A stretch of DNA of 59,245 nucleotides, counting the filler. It is 4 parts of 4 records of this genome, joined end to end, with 100 filler letters (N's around TTAATTAATTAA, not from the genome) between each part and the next. Parts side by side here need not be neighbours in the genome. Positions count along the whole stretch, not along the records: positions 1 to 10,997 come from DRR378314_476; positions 11,098 to 19,757 come from DRR378314_486; 2 more parts are not named here. The stretch is one strand, 5' to 3'. Below, one piece after another: positions 1 to 11,210 of this stretch. The notes below the pieces were generated by a model. It saw nothing but the letters and a program-made list of their open reading frames with translations, did not search any database and was not told the origin of the DNA. Every line of letters begins with the position of its first letter. Position 1 is the first letter of the stretch. Both the position numbers and the translations under genes were made by a program.

Positions 1-1
1 C

Positions 2-559
2 GTGATCGAATCCGCCGCCTCCAAAACCGGTAAAGCTCATGTCATAAAGTCTCACCATAATGTGGGTGGCTTGCCGGAAACCATGAAAATGAAGCTGGTG
101 GAGCCGCTGCGGGAGCTGTTCAAGGACGAGGTTCGTCGTATTGGCCTGGAGCTTGGGCTGCCCTACGACATGGTGTATCGCCACCCGTTCCCCGGCCCGG
201 GCCTGGGTGTGCGGATTCTGGGTGAAGTGAAGAAAGAATACGCCGAAATTCTCAGGCGGGCCGATGCCATCTTCCTGGAAGAACTGCACCGGGCCGATTT
301 TTATCACAAAACCAGCCAGGCGTTTGCGGTCTTCCTGCCCGTCAAATCGGTTGGGGTGGTGGGTGATGCCCGCCGCTACGAATACGTGGTGGCATTGCGT
401 GCGGTGGAAACCATTGACTTCATGACGGCGCGTTGGGCGCACCTGCCGTACGATCTGCTGGAAACCGTATCCAACCGCATCATCAACGAGATTGAGGGCG
501 TATCCCGGGTAACCTACGACGTCTCCTCCAAGCCGCCGGCGACCATCGAGTGGGAGTGA
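2..559 (+). CDS. guaA: GMP synthase (glutamine-hydrolysing), C-terminal part (5' truncated by window edge)
   Basis: [24 protein letters not shown] and terminal [10 protein letters not shown] motifs. Confidence 0.98.
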   Translation: MIESAASKTGKAHVIKSHHNVGGLPETMKMKLVEPLRELFKDEVRRIGLELGLPYDMVYRHPFPGPGLGVRILGEVKKEYAEILRRADAIFLEELHRADFYHKTSQAFAVFLPVKSVGVVGDARRYEYVVALRAVETIDFMTARWAHLPYDLLETVSNRIINEIEGVSRVTYDVSSKPPATIEWE

Positions 560-586
560 GCGGGCATCGTGGCCGGACAGGAACCT

Positions 587-1087
587 ATGGCTGGCAACGC
601 TAATGATGACGCCTGGATGAACCGCGCCCTGCAACTGGCAGGGCAGGCAGGTGTCGCCGGAGAAGTGCCGGTCGGTGCGGTAGTGGTACTGGATGGAAAG
701 GAAATTGGCGCCGGTTTTAACGCTCCGATCAGCGGTTGCGACCCCACCGCCCATGCCGAGATTCGTGCGTTGCGGGACGCCGCCGCGCGAGTGGGCAATT
801 ACCGGTTGCCGGGTGCCACGCTTTACGTCACCCTTGAGCCTTGCACCATGTGCGTGGGCGCCATTGTGCACAGCCGCGTTAGCCGCTTGGTATATGGTGC
901 GGCGGAATCCAAGGCGGGGGCTGTGGCGTCGGCGCGGCAAACGTTGGACGAGCCACACCTGAACTGGCGTGTTGACTCCGTCGGGGGTGTGCTTGAGGAC
1001 CAGTGCAGTCACGTTATCAGCGAATTCTTCGCGCGCCGGCGGGCAGACATCCGCCGCCGTAGGCAACTAGTTTCAGGGAAGGAGTGA
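587..1087 (+). CDS. tadA: tRNA adenosine(34) deaminase
   Basis: EVPVGAV, PTAHAE and TLEPCTMC zinc-deaminase motifs; ATG 587 follows AGGA (ORF track starts at 569). Confidence 0.93.
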   Translation: MAGNANDDAWMNRALQLAGQAGVAGEVPVGAVVVLDGKEIGAGFNAPISGCDPTAHAEIRALRDAAARVGNYRLPGATLYVTLEPCTMCVGAIVHSRVSRLVYGAAESKAGAVASARQTLDEPHLNWRVDSVGGVLEDQCSHVISEFFARRRADIRRRRQLVSGKE

Positions 1088-1096
1088 CGAGCGATC

Positions 1097-2080
1097 ATGA
1101 AAGTTCTGGTAACCGGCGGAGCCGGCTATATAGGCAGTCACGTTGTAAGGCAGTTGGGCGAGGCCGGTCACGACATCGTTGTTTTCGATAACCTGTCCAC
1201 CGGATACCGCTGGGCGGTCACCTGTGGCGAACTGGTGGTCGGAGATCTTGCCGACGAGCAGGCCATTGCAGACCTTTTCAGCCAGCACCGCTTCGAAGCC
1301 GTGCTGCATTTCGCCGCCAACATCGTGGTGCCGGAGTCGGTTGAAAACCCCCTCAAGTACTACAGCAACAATACCCGTAACACGCTGAATCTCTTGAAGG
1401 CCGTTGAAACGCACCAGGTGCCCTACATGGTGTTTTCGTCCACGGCCGCCGTTTACGGTATGCCGGAGGAGACAGTACTGACGGAAGATCTTCCGCTTGC
1501 ACCGATCAACCCCTATGGCGCCTCCAAGATGATGAGCGAGCGGATGATCATGGATCTGGCTGCCGCGTCGTCCCTCAATTATGTGATCCTGCGGTACTTC
1601 AATGTGGCTGGGGCCAATCCGGACGGTTTGTTGGGCCAGGCAACGCCTGAAGCCACGCACCTGATCAAGGTGGCCTGTGAATGCGTGACCGGCAAACGCG
1701 ATGGAATGAGCGTGTTCGGAACCGATTACGACACCCGCGATGGCACCTGTATCCGCGATTACATCCACGTGGAGGACCTGGCGAAGGCCCATGTGATGGC
1801 GCTGGAGTACATGGCGGGTGGTGGTGAGTCGCGCGTGCTCAACTGCGGATATGGGCGTGGCTTTACGGTGCGCGAGGTTATCGACGTGGTCAAACGCCAA
1901 TCGGGCAATGACTTTCCGGTACAGGAAACCGGCCGTCGGGCAGGGGACCCGGCCGCACTGATGGCTGATAATTCGCGGATCAAACAGGTGCTTGGCTGGC
2001 AGCCGGATTACGATGACCTGGATACCATCGTTGGCACGGCCCTGACCTGGGAAAAGATCTGGCAGGACAAGCAAGGCTGA
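1097..2080 (+). CDS. galE: UDP-glucose 4-epimerase
   Basis: GGAGYIGSH Rossmann motif, YGASK catalytic motif, LRYFNVAGA. Confidence 0.95.
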   Translation: MKVLVTGGAGYIGSHVVRQLGEAGHDIVVFDNLSTGYRWAVTCGELVVGDLADEQAIADLFSQHRFEAVLHFAANIVVPESVENPLKYYSNNTRNTLNLLKAVETHQVPYMVFSSTAAVYGMPEETVLTEDLPLAPINPYGASKMMSERMIMDLAAASSLNYVILRYFNVAGANPDGLLGQATPEATHLIKVACECVTGKRDGMSVFGTDYDTRDGTCIRDYIHVEDLAKAHVMALEYMAGGGESRVLNCGYGRGFTVREVIDVVKRQSGNDFPVQETGRRAGDPAALMADNSRIKQVLGWQPDYDDLDTIVGTALTWEKIWQDKQG

Positions 2081-2130
2081 AGCCTTGTGTCCTGGTGCTT
2101 TAAACGAACGCAATTTCAGGGTTTTAGCGG

Positions 2131-3474
2131 ATGAAAATTACTATTTTCGGGACAGGTTACGTCGGGCTTGTGACGGGCGCCTGTCTGGCTGATGTGGGCC
2201 ATCATGTCCTGTGCATGGACGTGGATCAGGGCAAGATCGACAAGCTGAAGAACGGCCACATTCCCATTTACGAGCCGGGTCTTGAGTCCATCGTAAAGCA
2301 TACCGTTGAGGCAGGCCGTCTGGCGTTTACCACGGATACCAAAGAGGCCGTCGCCCATGGCGCGCTGCAGTTCATTGCAGTCGGTACGCCGCCGGACGAA
2401 GACGGTTCCGCCGACCTGCAGTATGTGACGGCCGTGGCGCGCTCCATTGGCCAGTATATGGACGACTACAAGGTGGTGGTGGACAAGTCCACCGTGCCGG
2501 TTGGTACTGGCGACAGGGTCAAGGCTGCGGTGCGCTCCGAACTGGATAAGCGCGGGCTGGAGCTGGACTTCGATGTCGTGTCCAACCCGGAGTTTCTCAA
2601 GGAAGGGGCGGCCATCACCGATTTCATGAAGCCGGACCGCATCATTGTGGGTACCGACAGTGAGCGTGCCAAAGAGATGCTGCACGAGGTGTACTATCCG
2701 TTCAACCGCAACCATGACCGCATGATTTTCATGGATATCCGGTCCGCGGAGCTGACCAAGTACGCCGCCAATTCCATGCTGGCCACTAAGATCAGCTTTA
2801 TGAATGAGATTGCCAACCTGGCGGAGCGCCTCGGGGCCGATATCGAGAACGTTCGCCGGGGTATTGGCTCGGACCCCCGCATCGGCTATCACTTTATCTA
2901 CCCTGGTTGCGGTTACGGCGGGTCCTGTTTCCCGAAAGATGTCCAGGCGCTTGCCCGCACCGCCAGGGACTGCGATTACGAGTCCCGGTTGCTAAACGCT
3001 GTGGAAGCCGTGAACAAGGCTCAGAAGCATGTCTTGTTCGACAAGATCAGTCATTACTTCAATGGCGACCTGAAGGGTAAGGTGGTCGCGATCTGGGGCT
3101 TGGCGTTCAAGCCCAATACCGACGATATGCGTGAGGCGTCGTCCCGTGCCCTGATGCAGGATCTTTGGAATGCCGGCGCCGTTGTGCAGGCGTTTGATCC
3201 GGAAGCCATGGAAGAGACACAGCGTATCTTCGGCGACCAGCCGGGGCTGACCCTGTGCGGCACCAAGGAGCAGGCGCTCAAAGGCGCGGACGTATTGGCC
3301 ATCTGTACCGAGTGGAAGGAGTTCCGGTCACCGGACTTTGAGGCCATTGCTGCAACCCTGAAAGAGCCGGTCGTATTCGACGGACGGAACCTGTACGAAC
3401 CCGAGATGCTGGAACGCCATGGCATGATCTATTACGCCATCGGTCGTGGCCGGAACCAGTTCCACGGGGTCTGA
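2131..3474 (+). CDS. ugd: UDP-glucose 6-dehydrogenase
   Basis: [15 protein letters not shown] and catalytic GGSCFPKD motifs. Confidence 0.95.
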   Translation: MKITIFGTGYVGLVTGACLADVGHHVLCMDVDQGKIDKLKNGHIPIYEPGLESIVKHTVEAGRLAFTTDTKEAVAHGALQFIAVGTPPDEDGSADLQYVTAVARSIGQYMDDYKVVVDKSTVPVGTGDRVKAAVRSELDKRGLELDFDVVSNPEFLKEGAAITDFMKPDRIIVGTDSERAKEMLHEVYYPFNRNHDRMIFMDIRSAELTKYAANSMLATKISFMNEIANLAERLGADIENVRRGIGSDPRIGYHFIYPGCGYGGSCFPKDVQALARTARDCDYESRLLNAVEAVNKAQKHVLFDKISHYFNGDLKGKVVAIWGLAFKPNTDDMREASSRALMQDLWNAGAVVQAFDPEAMEETQRIFGDQPGLTLCGTKEQALKGADVLAICTEWKEFRSPDFEAIAATLKEPVVFDGRNLYEPEMLERHGMIYYAIGRGRNQFHGV

Positions 3475-3475
3475 T

Positions 3476-3916
3476 ATGAGCAGGGTGGAGCCATCGTTTG
3501 TGTTGCATGAGCGTCTAGAGGCGGACACGATCAGCCTTGGGCAAAGCAGGCTATGCGACATCCGGCTGATGAACGATAGCCATTGGCCCTGGATTCTCCT
3601 GGTGCCCCGAGTAGTGGGCGTCCGTGAAATCTACCAGTTGACGGCGGAACAACAGCGGCAACTGATGGCAGAGTCATCCCTGCTTGGCGAAGGCATGATG
3701 GCGCTGTTTGACGGTGATAAATTCAATGTCGCGGCGCTGGGTAATATGGTGCCGCAACTTCACCTCCACCATATCGTTCGCTTTGAAGGTGACCCGGCCT
3801 GGCCGGGGCCGGTGTGGGGCAAGCTGACGCCCAAACCATACAGTGACGAAGCGTTGGCGGCATTGACGGAGCGCCTGCAGCCGCTGTTGGCGACACTCTC
3901 CACGACTGGCGCCTGA
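3476..3916 (+). CDS. HIT-domain protein
   Basis: NMVPQLHLHHIVRF histidine-triad-like motif and GDPAWPGPVWG; ATG 3476 just after the ugd stop (ORF track starts at 3446). Confidence 0.88.
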   Translation: MSRVEPSFVLHERLEADTISLGQSRLCDIRLMNDSHWPWILLVPRVVGVREIYQLTAEQQRQLMAESSLLGEGMMALFDGDKFNVAALGNMVPQLHLHHIVRFEGDPAWPGPVWGKLTPKPYSDEALAALTERLQPLLATLSTTGA

Positions 3917-3941
3917 TCCGCCTGTTCCGGTGGCGGAAGAT

Positions 3942-4571
3942 TTAGCGTTTGCGTCGGGCGATGGTCCGGGAGCCGACCAGAATCATTCTTAGCTCGGTCT
4001 TGAGCTTCGTTTTCAGCATTTCCTTCTCGGGAGGTGTCGCATCCAGCGCTTCCGCTCCCTGGTTGAACACCAGGGTGACCATGGCTTCAGCCACCAGCTT
4101 TGCATCTGACAACGGCTTGTTCTGCTCGTCGGCGATCCTTGCAAGGTCTGCCGCCAATTCCGTCACGAAGTGATCGATTTCCGCCTTGATGGCGGTGCGG
4201 AAGGGTTTCGATACCCCCGTGCTTTCCCGCAGCATCAGCCTGAACAGATTTGAATTGTTCCCCAGGTATTCCATGAACGTGTCCACGGACGTGCTGATGG
4301 CACTGCCATTGCGCGCAATTCGCTTGCGAGCCTGGCGCATCAGTTGTCGCAAGGCCACGCCGCCTTCGTCCACCAGGGCCAGTCCCAGTTCGTCCAGCTC
4401 TGCGAAGTGTCGATAAAAGGAGGTGGGCGCTATGCCGGCTTCCCGGGCCACTTCCCGCAGGCTCAGGCTGCCAAAGCCACGGTCCGCACTCAACTGGGCA
4501 AGGGCGGCATCCATCAGGGCACGGCGGGTGCGGAGTTTCTGTTCGGCTCTGGCTGACACTGGCGGCTCCAT
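3942..4571 (-). CDS. fabR: TetR-family repressor, FabR-like
   Basis: RAEQKLRTRRALMDAA...SLSLREVAREAGIAPTSFYRHF closely resembles the FabR N-terminus. Confidence 0.85.
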   Translation of the reverse strand: MEPPVSARAEQKLRTRRALMDAALAQLSADRGFGSLSLREVAREAGIAPTSFYRHFAELDELGLALVDEGGVALRQLMRQARKRIARNGSAISTSVDTFMEYLGNNSNLFRLMLRESTGVSKPFRTAIKAEIDHFVTELAADLARIADEQNKPLSDAKLVAEAMVTLVFNQGAEALDATPPEKEMLKTKLKTELRMILVGSRTIARRKR

Positions 4572-4741
4572 GGACGGGTAAAGCCGACTAGTTTAGCGGC
4601 CAAATGTTTTACCGTCACGTGCGGGCACGGATGCCTGATTTTCCCGTTCATTGTGTTTATAATGGGCCGCTTTTGCAGTAGGGTCCGCCAGAACCATTTT
4701 TGCAAACTTTTACGCACACATCAGATACAACGGGAACCGGT

Positions 4742-6547
4742 ATGCGCAGTCATTATTGCGGTGGAATCAACGAATCTCATATTGATCAGGAAGTCACACT
4801 TTGCGGGTGGGTTCACCGCCGGCGCGACCATGGTGGGGTGATCTTTCTGGACCTCCGCGACCGGGACGGCATTTCCCAGGTGGTGTTCGATCCGGATACC
4901 CCCGAAAGCTTTAACCTCGCCGAAAAAGTGCGCAGTGAGTTCGTCATCCAGGTGACTGGCCGTGTTCGCCGTCGTCCTGCCGGTACCGAGAACGCGAATA
5001 TGCCGACCGGTCAGGTGGAACTGTTGGGCAAGCAACTGTCGATTCTGAATGCCGCCGCAACGCCACCGTTCCCGCTGGATGAGCACGTGGATGTGGGCGA
5101 GGACGTTCGCCTGAAGTATCGCTTCGTGGACCTGCGTCGTCCGGAAATGCTGAACCGCTTGCGTTTCCGCTCCAGGGTGACCAGCTACATCCGCAACTTC
5201 CTGGACAGCAACGGCTTCATGGATGTGGAAACCCCGATCCTGACCCGTGCCACGCCGGAAGGCGCCCGTGATTACCTGGTGCCCAGCCGTACCCACGAGG
5301 GGTCGTTCTTCGCATTGCCCCAGTCGCCGCAGTTGTTCAAGCAGCTGTTGATGGTGTCTGGCGTTGACCGTTATTACCAGATCGCCAAGTGTTTCCGAGA
5401 CGAAGACCTGCGTGCCGACCGTCAGCCGGAGTTTACGCAGATTGATATTGAGGCCTCGTTCATCGACGAGGAAACCCTCATGACTCTGAACGAGAACATG
5501 ATCCGTTCCCTGTTCAAGGACGTGCTTGAGGTAGACCTGCCGGAATTCCCGCGCATGCCTTACGCTGAGGCGATGCAACGCTACGGCAGTGATAAGCCGG
5601 ACCTGCGTATTCCGCTCGAGTTGATCGATGTGGGTGATCTGGTCGCCGGCGTTGACTTCAAGGTGTTTGCCGGCCCCGCCAATGACCCCAAAGGTCGTGT
5701 TGCAGCACTTCGCGTTCCGAAAGGCGGCGAACTGACCCGTAAGCAAATCGACGATTACACCAAGTATGTGGGTATCTATGGTGCCAAGGGCTTGGCGTAC
5801 ATCAAGGTGAACGATACCTCTAAGGGCGTTGAAGGCTTGCAGTCGCCGATCATCAAGTTCCTTGGCGACGACGTGGCCCAGGCAGTGATTGAGCGTTCCG
5901 GTGCGGAGGATGGCGACATCGTATTCTTCGGTGCCGACAAGACCAACGTGGTCAACGAGGCGCTGGGAGCGCTCCGCATCAAGGTCGGCCATGACCTGAA
6001 AATGCTCACCTCAGAGTGGGCACCGATGTGGGTGGTGGATTTCCCGATGTTCGAGGAAACGCCTGACGGCAGTCTGACCGCGATTCACCATCCGTTCACC
6101 GCGCCTTCCTGTTCCGGCGAAGAGCTGGAAGCGTCACCGGCGACGGCCTTGTCCCGCGCCTATGACATGGTGCTGAATGGCACGGAATTGGGTGGTGGGT
6201 CTATCCGTATCCATGACGAGAAAATGCAGGAAAGCGTGTTCCGTACCCTCGGTATTGAGCATGAGGAGGCGCGAGCCAAGTTCGGGTTCCTGTTGGATGC
6301 GCTGAAGTACGGTTGCCCTCCCCACGGTGGCCTTGCGTTTGGCCTGGACCGACTGATCATGCTGATGACCGGTGCCAGCTCCATCCGCGACGTGATCGCG
6401 TTCCCGAAAACCCAGAGTGCCACCTGCCTGATGACGCAGGCGCCCGGGGAAGTCGACGACAAGCAGCTGCGGGAGCTTCATATCCGCCGCCGCAAACCGG
6501 TGGCCAAGGCCGGTGAAGGCAAGGAAGACGCTCAAGCAGGTGAGTAA
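4742..6547 (+). CDS. aspS: Aspartate--tRNA ligase (probably non-discriminating Asp/Asn type)
   Basis: MRSHYCG start, [34 protein letters not shown] and [12 protein letters not shown] motifs. Confidence 0.97.
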   Translation: MRSHYCGGINESHIDQEVTLCGWVHRRRDHGGVIFLDLRDRDGISQVVFDPDTPESFNLAEKVRSEFVIQVTGRVRRRPAGTENANMPTGQVELLGKQLSILNAAATPPFPLDEHVDVGEDVRLKYRFVDLRRPEMLNRLRFRSRVTSYIRNFLDSNGFMDVETPILTRATPEGARDYLVPSRTHEGSFFALPQSPQLFKQLLMVSGVDRYYQIAKCFRDEDLRADRQPEFTQIDIEASFIDEETLMTLNENMIRSLFKDVLEVDLPEFPRMPYAEAMQRYGSDKPDLRIPLELIDVGDLVAGVDFKVFAGPANDPKGRVAALRVPKGGELTRKQIDDYTKYVGIYGAKGLAYIKVNDTSKGVEGLQSPIIKFLGDDVAQAVIERSGAEDGDIVFFGADKTNVVNEALGALRIKVGHDLKMLTSEWAPMWVVDFPMFEETPDGSLTAIHHPFTAPSCSGEELEASPATALSRAYDMVLNGTELGGGSIRIHDEKMQESVFRTLGIEHEEARAKFGFLLDALKYGCPPHGGLAFGLDRLIMLMTGASSIRDVIAFPKTQSATCLMTQAPGEVDDKQLRELHIRRRKPVAKAGEGKEDAQAGE

Positions 6548-6555
6548 CGCAAAGC

Positions 6556-6580
6556 CGGAGCACACTTCGTGTGTGCTCCG
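6556..6580 (+). other. Intergenic stem-loop between aspS and yebC (10-bp stem, no U tract)
   Basis: CGGAGCACAC-ttcgt-GTGTGCTCCG. Confidence 0.55.
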
Positions 6581-6599
6581 CGACTGAACGGAGTTGATC

Positions 6600-7349
6600 A
6601 TGGCTGGACACAGTAAATGGGCCAACATCAAGCACCGTAAAGCGGCTCAGGACGCCAAACGCGGCAAGATTTTCACCAAGATTATTCGCGAGTTGACGGT
6701 CGCAGCCCGTCAGGGCGGGGGAAACCCGGATGACAACCCGCGGTTGCGGGGTGTGATTGATAAAGCCCTGACCGCCAACATGAAAAAAGACACCATCGAG
6801 CGCGCCGTTGAACGGGGCGCAGGAGATGGTGACGACAGCAACTACGAAGAACTCAGTTACGAAGGTTATGGTCCCGGCGGCGTCGCGGTCTTCGTGGACG
6901 TGATGACGGATAACCGCAATCGCACCGTGGCTGACGTACGCCACGCGTTCAATAAGATGGGCGGCAACCTTGGGACTGACGGCTCGGTAGCGTATCTTTT
7001 CAGTAAGCAGGGTATTATCAGCTACAGTCCAGAGATGGACGAAGATCGGCTGATGGAAGCGGCGCTGGTTGCCGGTGCCGAGGACCTGGCAACGCTCGGC
7101 GACGGCTCCTTCGAGATCGTCACCATGCCCGATCAGTTCCTCGACGTTAAACAGTCCCTGGTGGCGTCCGGCCTGGTGCCCGATAACGCAGAAGTCACCA
7201 TGGTGCCCTCTATGACTGTGGAGCTGGGTGAGGAGGGTGCAGAGCCTGTCCTGAAGCTGATCGATATGCTGGAAGATCTGGACGATGTGCAGAATGTCTA
7301 TCACAACGCCGACATATCGGCGGAGGTGATGGAGGCGCTCCACCAATAA
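6600..7349 (+). CDS. yebC: YebC/PmpR family protein
   Basis: [14 protein letters not shown] start, [21 protein letters not shown]. Confidence 0.95.
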   Translation: MAGHSKWANIKHRKAAQDAKRGKIFTKIIRELTVAARQGGGNPDDNPRLRGVIDKALTANMKKDTIERAVERGAGDGDDSNYEELSYEGYGPGGVAVFVDVMTDNRNRTVADVRHAFNKMGGNLGTDGSVAYLFSKQGIISYSPEMDEDRLMEAALVAGAEDLATLGDGSFEIVTMPDQFLDVKQSLVASGLVPDNAEVTMVPSMTVELGEEGAEPVLKLIDMLEDLDDVQNVYHNADISAEVMEALHQ

Positions 7350-7358
7350 GGATGCAAT

Positions 7359-7889
7359 GTGCCGATAATCATGGGGGTGGACCCCGGGTCACGCATTACC
7401 GGTTACGGCATTGTCCGGGCCGAGGGCCGGGTGATTGAGTATATCGACAGCGGGTGCATCCGGGTTGGCGAGAAGCCCATGGCGGAACGCCTGCAAACCA
7501 TATTCCACAGTTTAGCCACGTTGATTGGGGAGTACCGCCCCGGGGAGTTCGCCATTGAACAGGTGTTCATGGCTCGCAACCCGGATTCAGCGCTGAAGCT
7601 GGGGCAGGCGAGGGGCGCGGCGATCGTTGCTGCCGCCAACAGCGGGTTACCCGTTCACGAGTATTCCGCCCGTCAGGTCAAGCAGGCGGTGGTGGGCAAA
7701 GGCGGAGCCGACAAGGCACAGGTCCAGCATATGGTCCAGGTGTTGCTGGCGTTGTCCCGCAAGCCCCAGGCCGATGCGGCAGACGCCCTGGCGATTGCGC
7801 TATGTCATGCTCACATGAGCCAGAGTGTCGCGAGACTGGCGTCCGGAGGCGGCGGGAAAGTGCGCAGCGGCCGGGTTCGAAGACAATAA
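7359..7889 (+). CDS. ruvC: Holliday junction resolvase
   Basis: [20 protein letters not shown] and DAADALAIA motifs; GTG start. Confidence 0.96.
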   Translation: MPIIMGVDPGSRITGYGIVRAEGRVIEYIDSGCIRVGEKPMAERLQTIFHSLATLIGEYRPGEFAIEQVFMARNPDSALKLGQARGAAIVAAANSGLPVHEYSARQVKQAVVGKGGADKAQVQHMVQVLLALSRKPQADAADALAIALCHAHMSQSVARLASGGGGKVRSGRVRRQ

Positions 7890-7919
7890 CCGACGTAATG
7901 AAGTCCAGGGAGAAACCCG

Positions 7920-8552
7920 TTGATTGGTCGCATCCGAGGCATCCTGATTGAAAAGTCACCCGCCCAGGCACTGGTGGAATGCGCTGGCCTGGGGTATGAA
8001 GTCGATATTCCCTACACCACCTTTTTCAACCTGCCTGAAACCGGCAACGAGCTGGTTCTCCATACCCATTTTGTGGTCCGTGAGGACGCCCAGAGCCTTT
8101 ACGGATTTTCCTCCCGGTTGGACAGGGACCTGTTCCGGCTACTGATCAAGGTTAACGGCGTGGGCCCCAAACTCGCGGCGGGGATTCTCTCGGGGCTGGA
8201 TGCCAATCAGTTTATCCGCTGCGTTGAGGCCCGTGATGCCAACGCCCTGGTCAAACTACCGGGCGTTGGCAAAAAGACCGCCGAGCGCCTGCTTATTGAA
8301 ATGGCGGATCGTATAGGGCAACTTGAAGGGCAGTTCACGCCTACGTCGCAAAACGCGACGGTTGGTGCCGACCCATCCAGCGCAGGCGCTGTGGCGGGCC
8401 ATGACCCCAGGGAAGAGGCAGAGGCTGCACTGATCGCCCTTGGTTATAAACCGCAGGAGGCCTCAAAGGCCATCAGCAAGGTGACCGAGGAGGGCATGTC
8501 GAGCCAGGAACTGATCCGGTTGGCGCTGCGAGCGATGATCCCCGCCAGTTAA
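7920..8552 (+). CDS. ruvA: Holliday junction branch migration protein A
   Basis: MIGRIRG start (TTG), HhH motifs VNGVGPK and LPGVGKKTAER, ALIALGY. Confidence 0.96.
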   Translation: MIGRIRGILIEKSPAQALVECAGLGYEVDIPYTTFFNLPETGNELVLHTHFVVREDAQSLYGFSSRLDRDLFRLLIKVNGVGPKLAAGILSGLDANQFIRCVEARDANALVKLPGVGKKTAERLLIEMADRIGQLEGQFTPTSQNATVGADPSSAGAVAGHDPREEAEAALIALGYKPQEASKAISKVTEEGMSSQELIRLALRAMIPAS

Positions 8553-8695
8553 CGGTCTGTCATCAATCGCATTCTGGCGCCATATGTGTAGAGAGCGTAA
8601 CGTGACACCCAAAGCGCCGTTTGTACAATTGGGGCATAATGAACCCGATATGAGTGTACAGGCATGTTGTTGATTTCCTCTGAGCGGGTAGTTCA

Positions 8696-9724
8696 ATGAT
8701 TGAATCGGATCGCCTGATTACAGCCCAGGCCGGACAATATGAGGAAGTGCAGGATCGCGCGATCCGCCCCGGTGTGCTCGCCGACTATGTGGGGCAACCC
8801 GCCGTCCGCGAACAGATGGAAATCTTTATTTCCGCAGCGCGGGGGCGCCAGGAAGCGCTGGACCATGTGTTGATCTTTGGCCCTCCGGGCCTCGGCAAGA
8901 CCACGCTCGCCAATATTGTTGCCAATGAAATGGGTGTGTCCATCAAGACCACATCCGGCCCTGTGTTGGAGAAAGCCGGTGATCTTGCCGCCATGCTCAC
9001 CAACCTGGAAGAGGGCGATGTTCTCTTCATCGACGAAATCCATCGCCTCAGCGCCGCCGTGGAAGAAGTGCTCTACCCGGCCATGGAAGATTACCAACTG
9101 GATATCATGATCGGAGAGGGCCCGGCCGCCCGCTCCATCAAGTTGGACCTGCCTCCCTTTACATTGGTGGGCGCGACGACCCGCGCCGGGCTGCTGACAT
9201 CGCCATTGCGGGATCGTTTCGGCATCGTCCAGCGTCTTGAGTTCTATAACACCAAGGACCTGACCGACATTATTCTCCGTTCTGCACGCCTGTCGTCGGT
9301 CACGATCGACAACGGTGGCGCCTACGAGATTGCCCGTCGCTCCCGGGGAACACCCCGAATTGCAAACCGTTTACTGCGTCGGGTTCGTGACTATGCCGAA
9401 GTAAAAGCCGATGGCTGTATCAGTGAATCCATCGCAGACCAGGCCCTTAACATGCTGAAAGTGGATGCTCAGGGGTTCGACCACATGGACCGGCGACTGC
9501 TGCTGGCGATGATTGAAAAGTTCGACGGCGGCCCGGTAGGCGTAGAAAGTCTGGCGGCGGCGATCAGCGAAGAGCGAGGCACCATTGAGGATGTCCTGGA
9601 GCCCTTCCTGATCCAGCAGGGATTCATGGTGCGAACCCCTCGTGGCCGGATGGTGACCTCCAATGCTTACCAGCACTTTGGCGTGGTGCCGTCTGGCTCC
9701 GAGAGGGAGGATCTCTTTGACTGA
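8696..9724 (+). CDS. ruvB: Holliday junction branch migration helicase B
   Basis: Walker [24 protein letters not shown]. Confidence 0.98.
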   Translation: MIESDRLITAQAGQYEEVQDRAIRPGVLADYVGQPAVREQMEIFISAARGRQEALDHVLIFGPPGLGKTTLANIVANEMGVSIKTTSGPVLEKAGDLAAMLTNLEEGDVLFIDEIHRLSAAVEEVLYPAMEDYQLDIMIGEGPAARSIKLDLPPFTLVGATTRAGLLTSPLRDRFGIVQRLEFYNTKDLTDIILRSARLSSVTIDNGGAYEIARRSRGTPRIANRLLRRVRDYAEVKADGCISESIADQALNMLKVDAQGFDHMDRRLLLAMIEKFDGGPVGVESLAAAISEERGTIEDVLEPFLIQQGFMVRTPRGRMVTSNAYQHFGVVPSGSEREDLFD

Positions 9725-10160
9725 ACGTTATGGTCAATCGTCCGGGCTCTCGGTGCGGGTCTATATTGAGGATACCGATGCCGGTGGCATCGTGTACCAC
9801 GCCAAGTACCTGAATTACATGGAGCGCGCCCGTACTGAGTGGGTTCGGCACCAGGGCGTGGGCCTAAGGGACGGGCTGGCGGACAACATCAGTTATGTCG
9901 TGCAGCGATTGTCTATTCATTATGGCGTGCCGGCAAAGTTGGACGATGAGTTGCGTGTCACCGCTGAGCCTGTGGCATTTGGCCGGGTCTGGATGGAATT
10001 TCGCCAGCAGGTCGTGCGTCGTTCTGACGATACAGTCCTGGCATCCGCCGACGTAAGGGTGGCATGCGTGTCACTGGACTCGGGGCGTCCGCGGCGCCTT
10101 CCCGAGAACATGCTGGCATTGCTCGAAGATTACCGGAAAACCAATTCACACGTTGAATAA
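9717..10160 (+). CDS. ybgC: Tol-Pal-associated acyl-CoA thioesterase
   Basis: [19 protein letters not shown] hot-dog fold motif; located before tolQ; TTG 9717 follows GAGGGAGG. Confidence 0.9.
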   Translation: MTERYGQSSGLSVRVYIEDTDAGGIVYHAKYLNYMERARTEWVRHQGVGLRDGLADNISYVVQRLSIHYGVPAKLDDELRVTAEPVAFGRVWMEFRQQVVRRSDDTVLASADVRVACVSLDSGRPRRLPENMLALLEDYRKTNSHVE

Positions 10161-10174
10161 TCCAGGAGTAGAAG

Positions 10175-10864
10175 GTGGAATCAGAAGTCTCTGTTTGGTA
10201 TCTCATCGCCAATGCCGGTGTTCTGGTACAGCTCGTTATGCTGTTGCTTGCCCTGGCTTCCATTGTTTCCTGGGCTCTTATTTTTCAGCGCCTGAAGATA
10301 TTTCGGCAGGCTAAAAAGGCGCAGTTCGCTTTCGAGGAGCGCTTCTGGTCCGGCATGGACCTGGGCCAGCTGTATCGTGAAGTGAACAGCGACCCGACAC
10401 CGTTTTCCGGCATGGAATCGCTGTTCCGTGCGGGCTTCAAGGAGTTCTCCCGCCTGCGTCAGCAGAGCCGGGATGCCGATGCCGTCATGGAAGGCACTCA
10501 GCGTGCGATGCGAGTGGCGTTCTCGCGGGAGCAGGAGCGGCTGGAAATGCACTTGCCGTTTCTCGCGACGGTTGGTTCCACCAGCCCCTACGTTGGTCTG
10601 TTTGGCACGGTATGGGGCATTATGAATTCGTTCCGTGGGCTCGCACAGGTCCAGCAGGCCACGCTGGCCACGGTGGCGCCGGGTATCTCTGAAGCGTTGA
10701 TCGCCACGGCCATGGGTCTGTTTGCGGCGATCCCGGCGGTCATCGCCTACAACCGCTTCTCGGCCATTTCGGACGCGCTTCTGAAGAACTATGAAACCTT
10801 CGCGGACGAGTTCTCCAGCATTCTCCATCGCCGTGTACACAGCAGCGAGCAGTCGTCGGCATGA
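10175..10864 (+). CDS. tolQ: Tol-Pal protein TolQ
   Basis: SPYVGLFGTVWGIMNSF and APGISEALIATAMGLFAAIPA motifs. Confidence 0.96.
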   Translation: MESEVSVWYLIANAGVLVQLVMLLLALASIVSWALIFQRLKIFRQAKKAQFAFEERFWSGMDLGQLYREVNSDPTPFSGMESLFRAGFKEFSRLRQQSRDADAVMEGTQRAMRVAFSREQERLEMHLPFLATVGSTSPYVGLFGTVWGIMNSFRGLAQVQQATLATVAPGISEALIATAMGLFAAIPAVIAYNRFSAISDALLKNYETFADEFSSILHRRVHSSEQSSA

Positions 10865-10907
10865 TTCAGGGTATCGGTAACGGACAACGGATGGGGAGCG
10901 CAGAGAT

Positions 10908-10997
10908 ATGAAAGGCATGGGAATGATGCCGGCCAGGAGCCGCAAGCCGATGTCGGAAATCAACGTCGTGCCCTACATCGACGTCATGCTGGTGCTG
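10908..10997 (+). CDS. tolR: Tol-Pal protein TolR, N-terminal fragment (truncated by contig end; not in ORF track)
   Basis: Manual translation MKGMGMMPARSRKPMSEINVVPYIDVMLVL; follows tolQ. Confidence 0.92.
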
Positions 10998-11097
10998 NNN
11001 NNNNNNNNNNNNNNNNNNNNNNNNNNNNNNNNNNNNNNNNNTTAATTAATTAANNNNNNNNNNNNNNNNNNNNNNNNNNNNNNNNNNNNNNNNNNNN
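10998..11097. other. Artificial contig spacer
   Basis: 44 N + TTAATTAATTAA (stops in all six frames) + 44 N. Confidence 0.99.
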
Positions 11098-11127
11098 TTT
11101 AATCCGCAAAGATAAACAGACCCTAAT
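11098..11127. repeat. End of an interspersed repeat / MITE-like element (copy 1)
   Basis: TTTAATCCGCAAAGATAAACAGACCCTAAT, 28/30 identical to 51631-51660; both lie at contig starts. Confidence 0.7.
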
Positions 11128-11210
11128 TGTTACTTTTTAATTGCATATAGATTGAATTATGAACCGTGCGGGCATATTAATACGGTAAGAATTCATTTTT
11201 GAGCTTTAAA

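Noticed and set aside
540-600. guaA 3' end as a genomic-island integration site
   Set aside because: No integrase, direct repeat or compositional shift follows; tadA is directly adjacent
1073-2892. Long antisense ORFs (346 aa and 258 aa) opposite galE and ugd
   Set aside because: Shadow ORFs typical of GC-rich coding DNA; no recognisable motifs
4721-7346. Long antisense ORFs (423 aa and 329 aa) opposite aspS and yebC
   Set aside because: Fully overlap conserved genes on the other strand; codon-bias artefacts
8553-8695. 143-nt ruvA-ruvB gap as a LexA or FabR site (TGTACA seen twice)
   Set aside because: No complete CTGT-N8-ACAG or full FabR palindrome found; only half-site-like matches
11042-11053. 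TTAATTAATTAA palindrome occurring three times
   Set aside because: Sits centrally in identical N runs; a synthetic six-frame-stop linker, not biology
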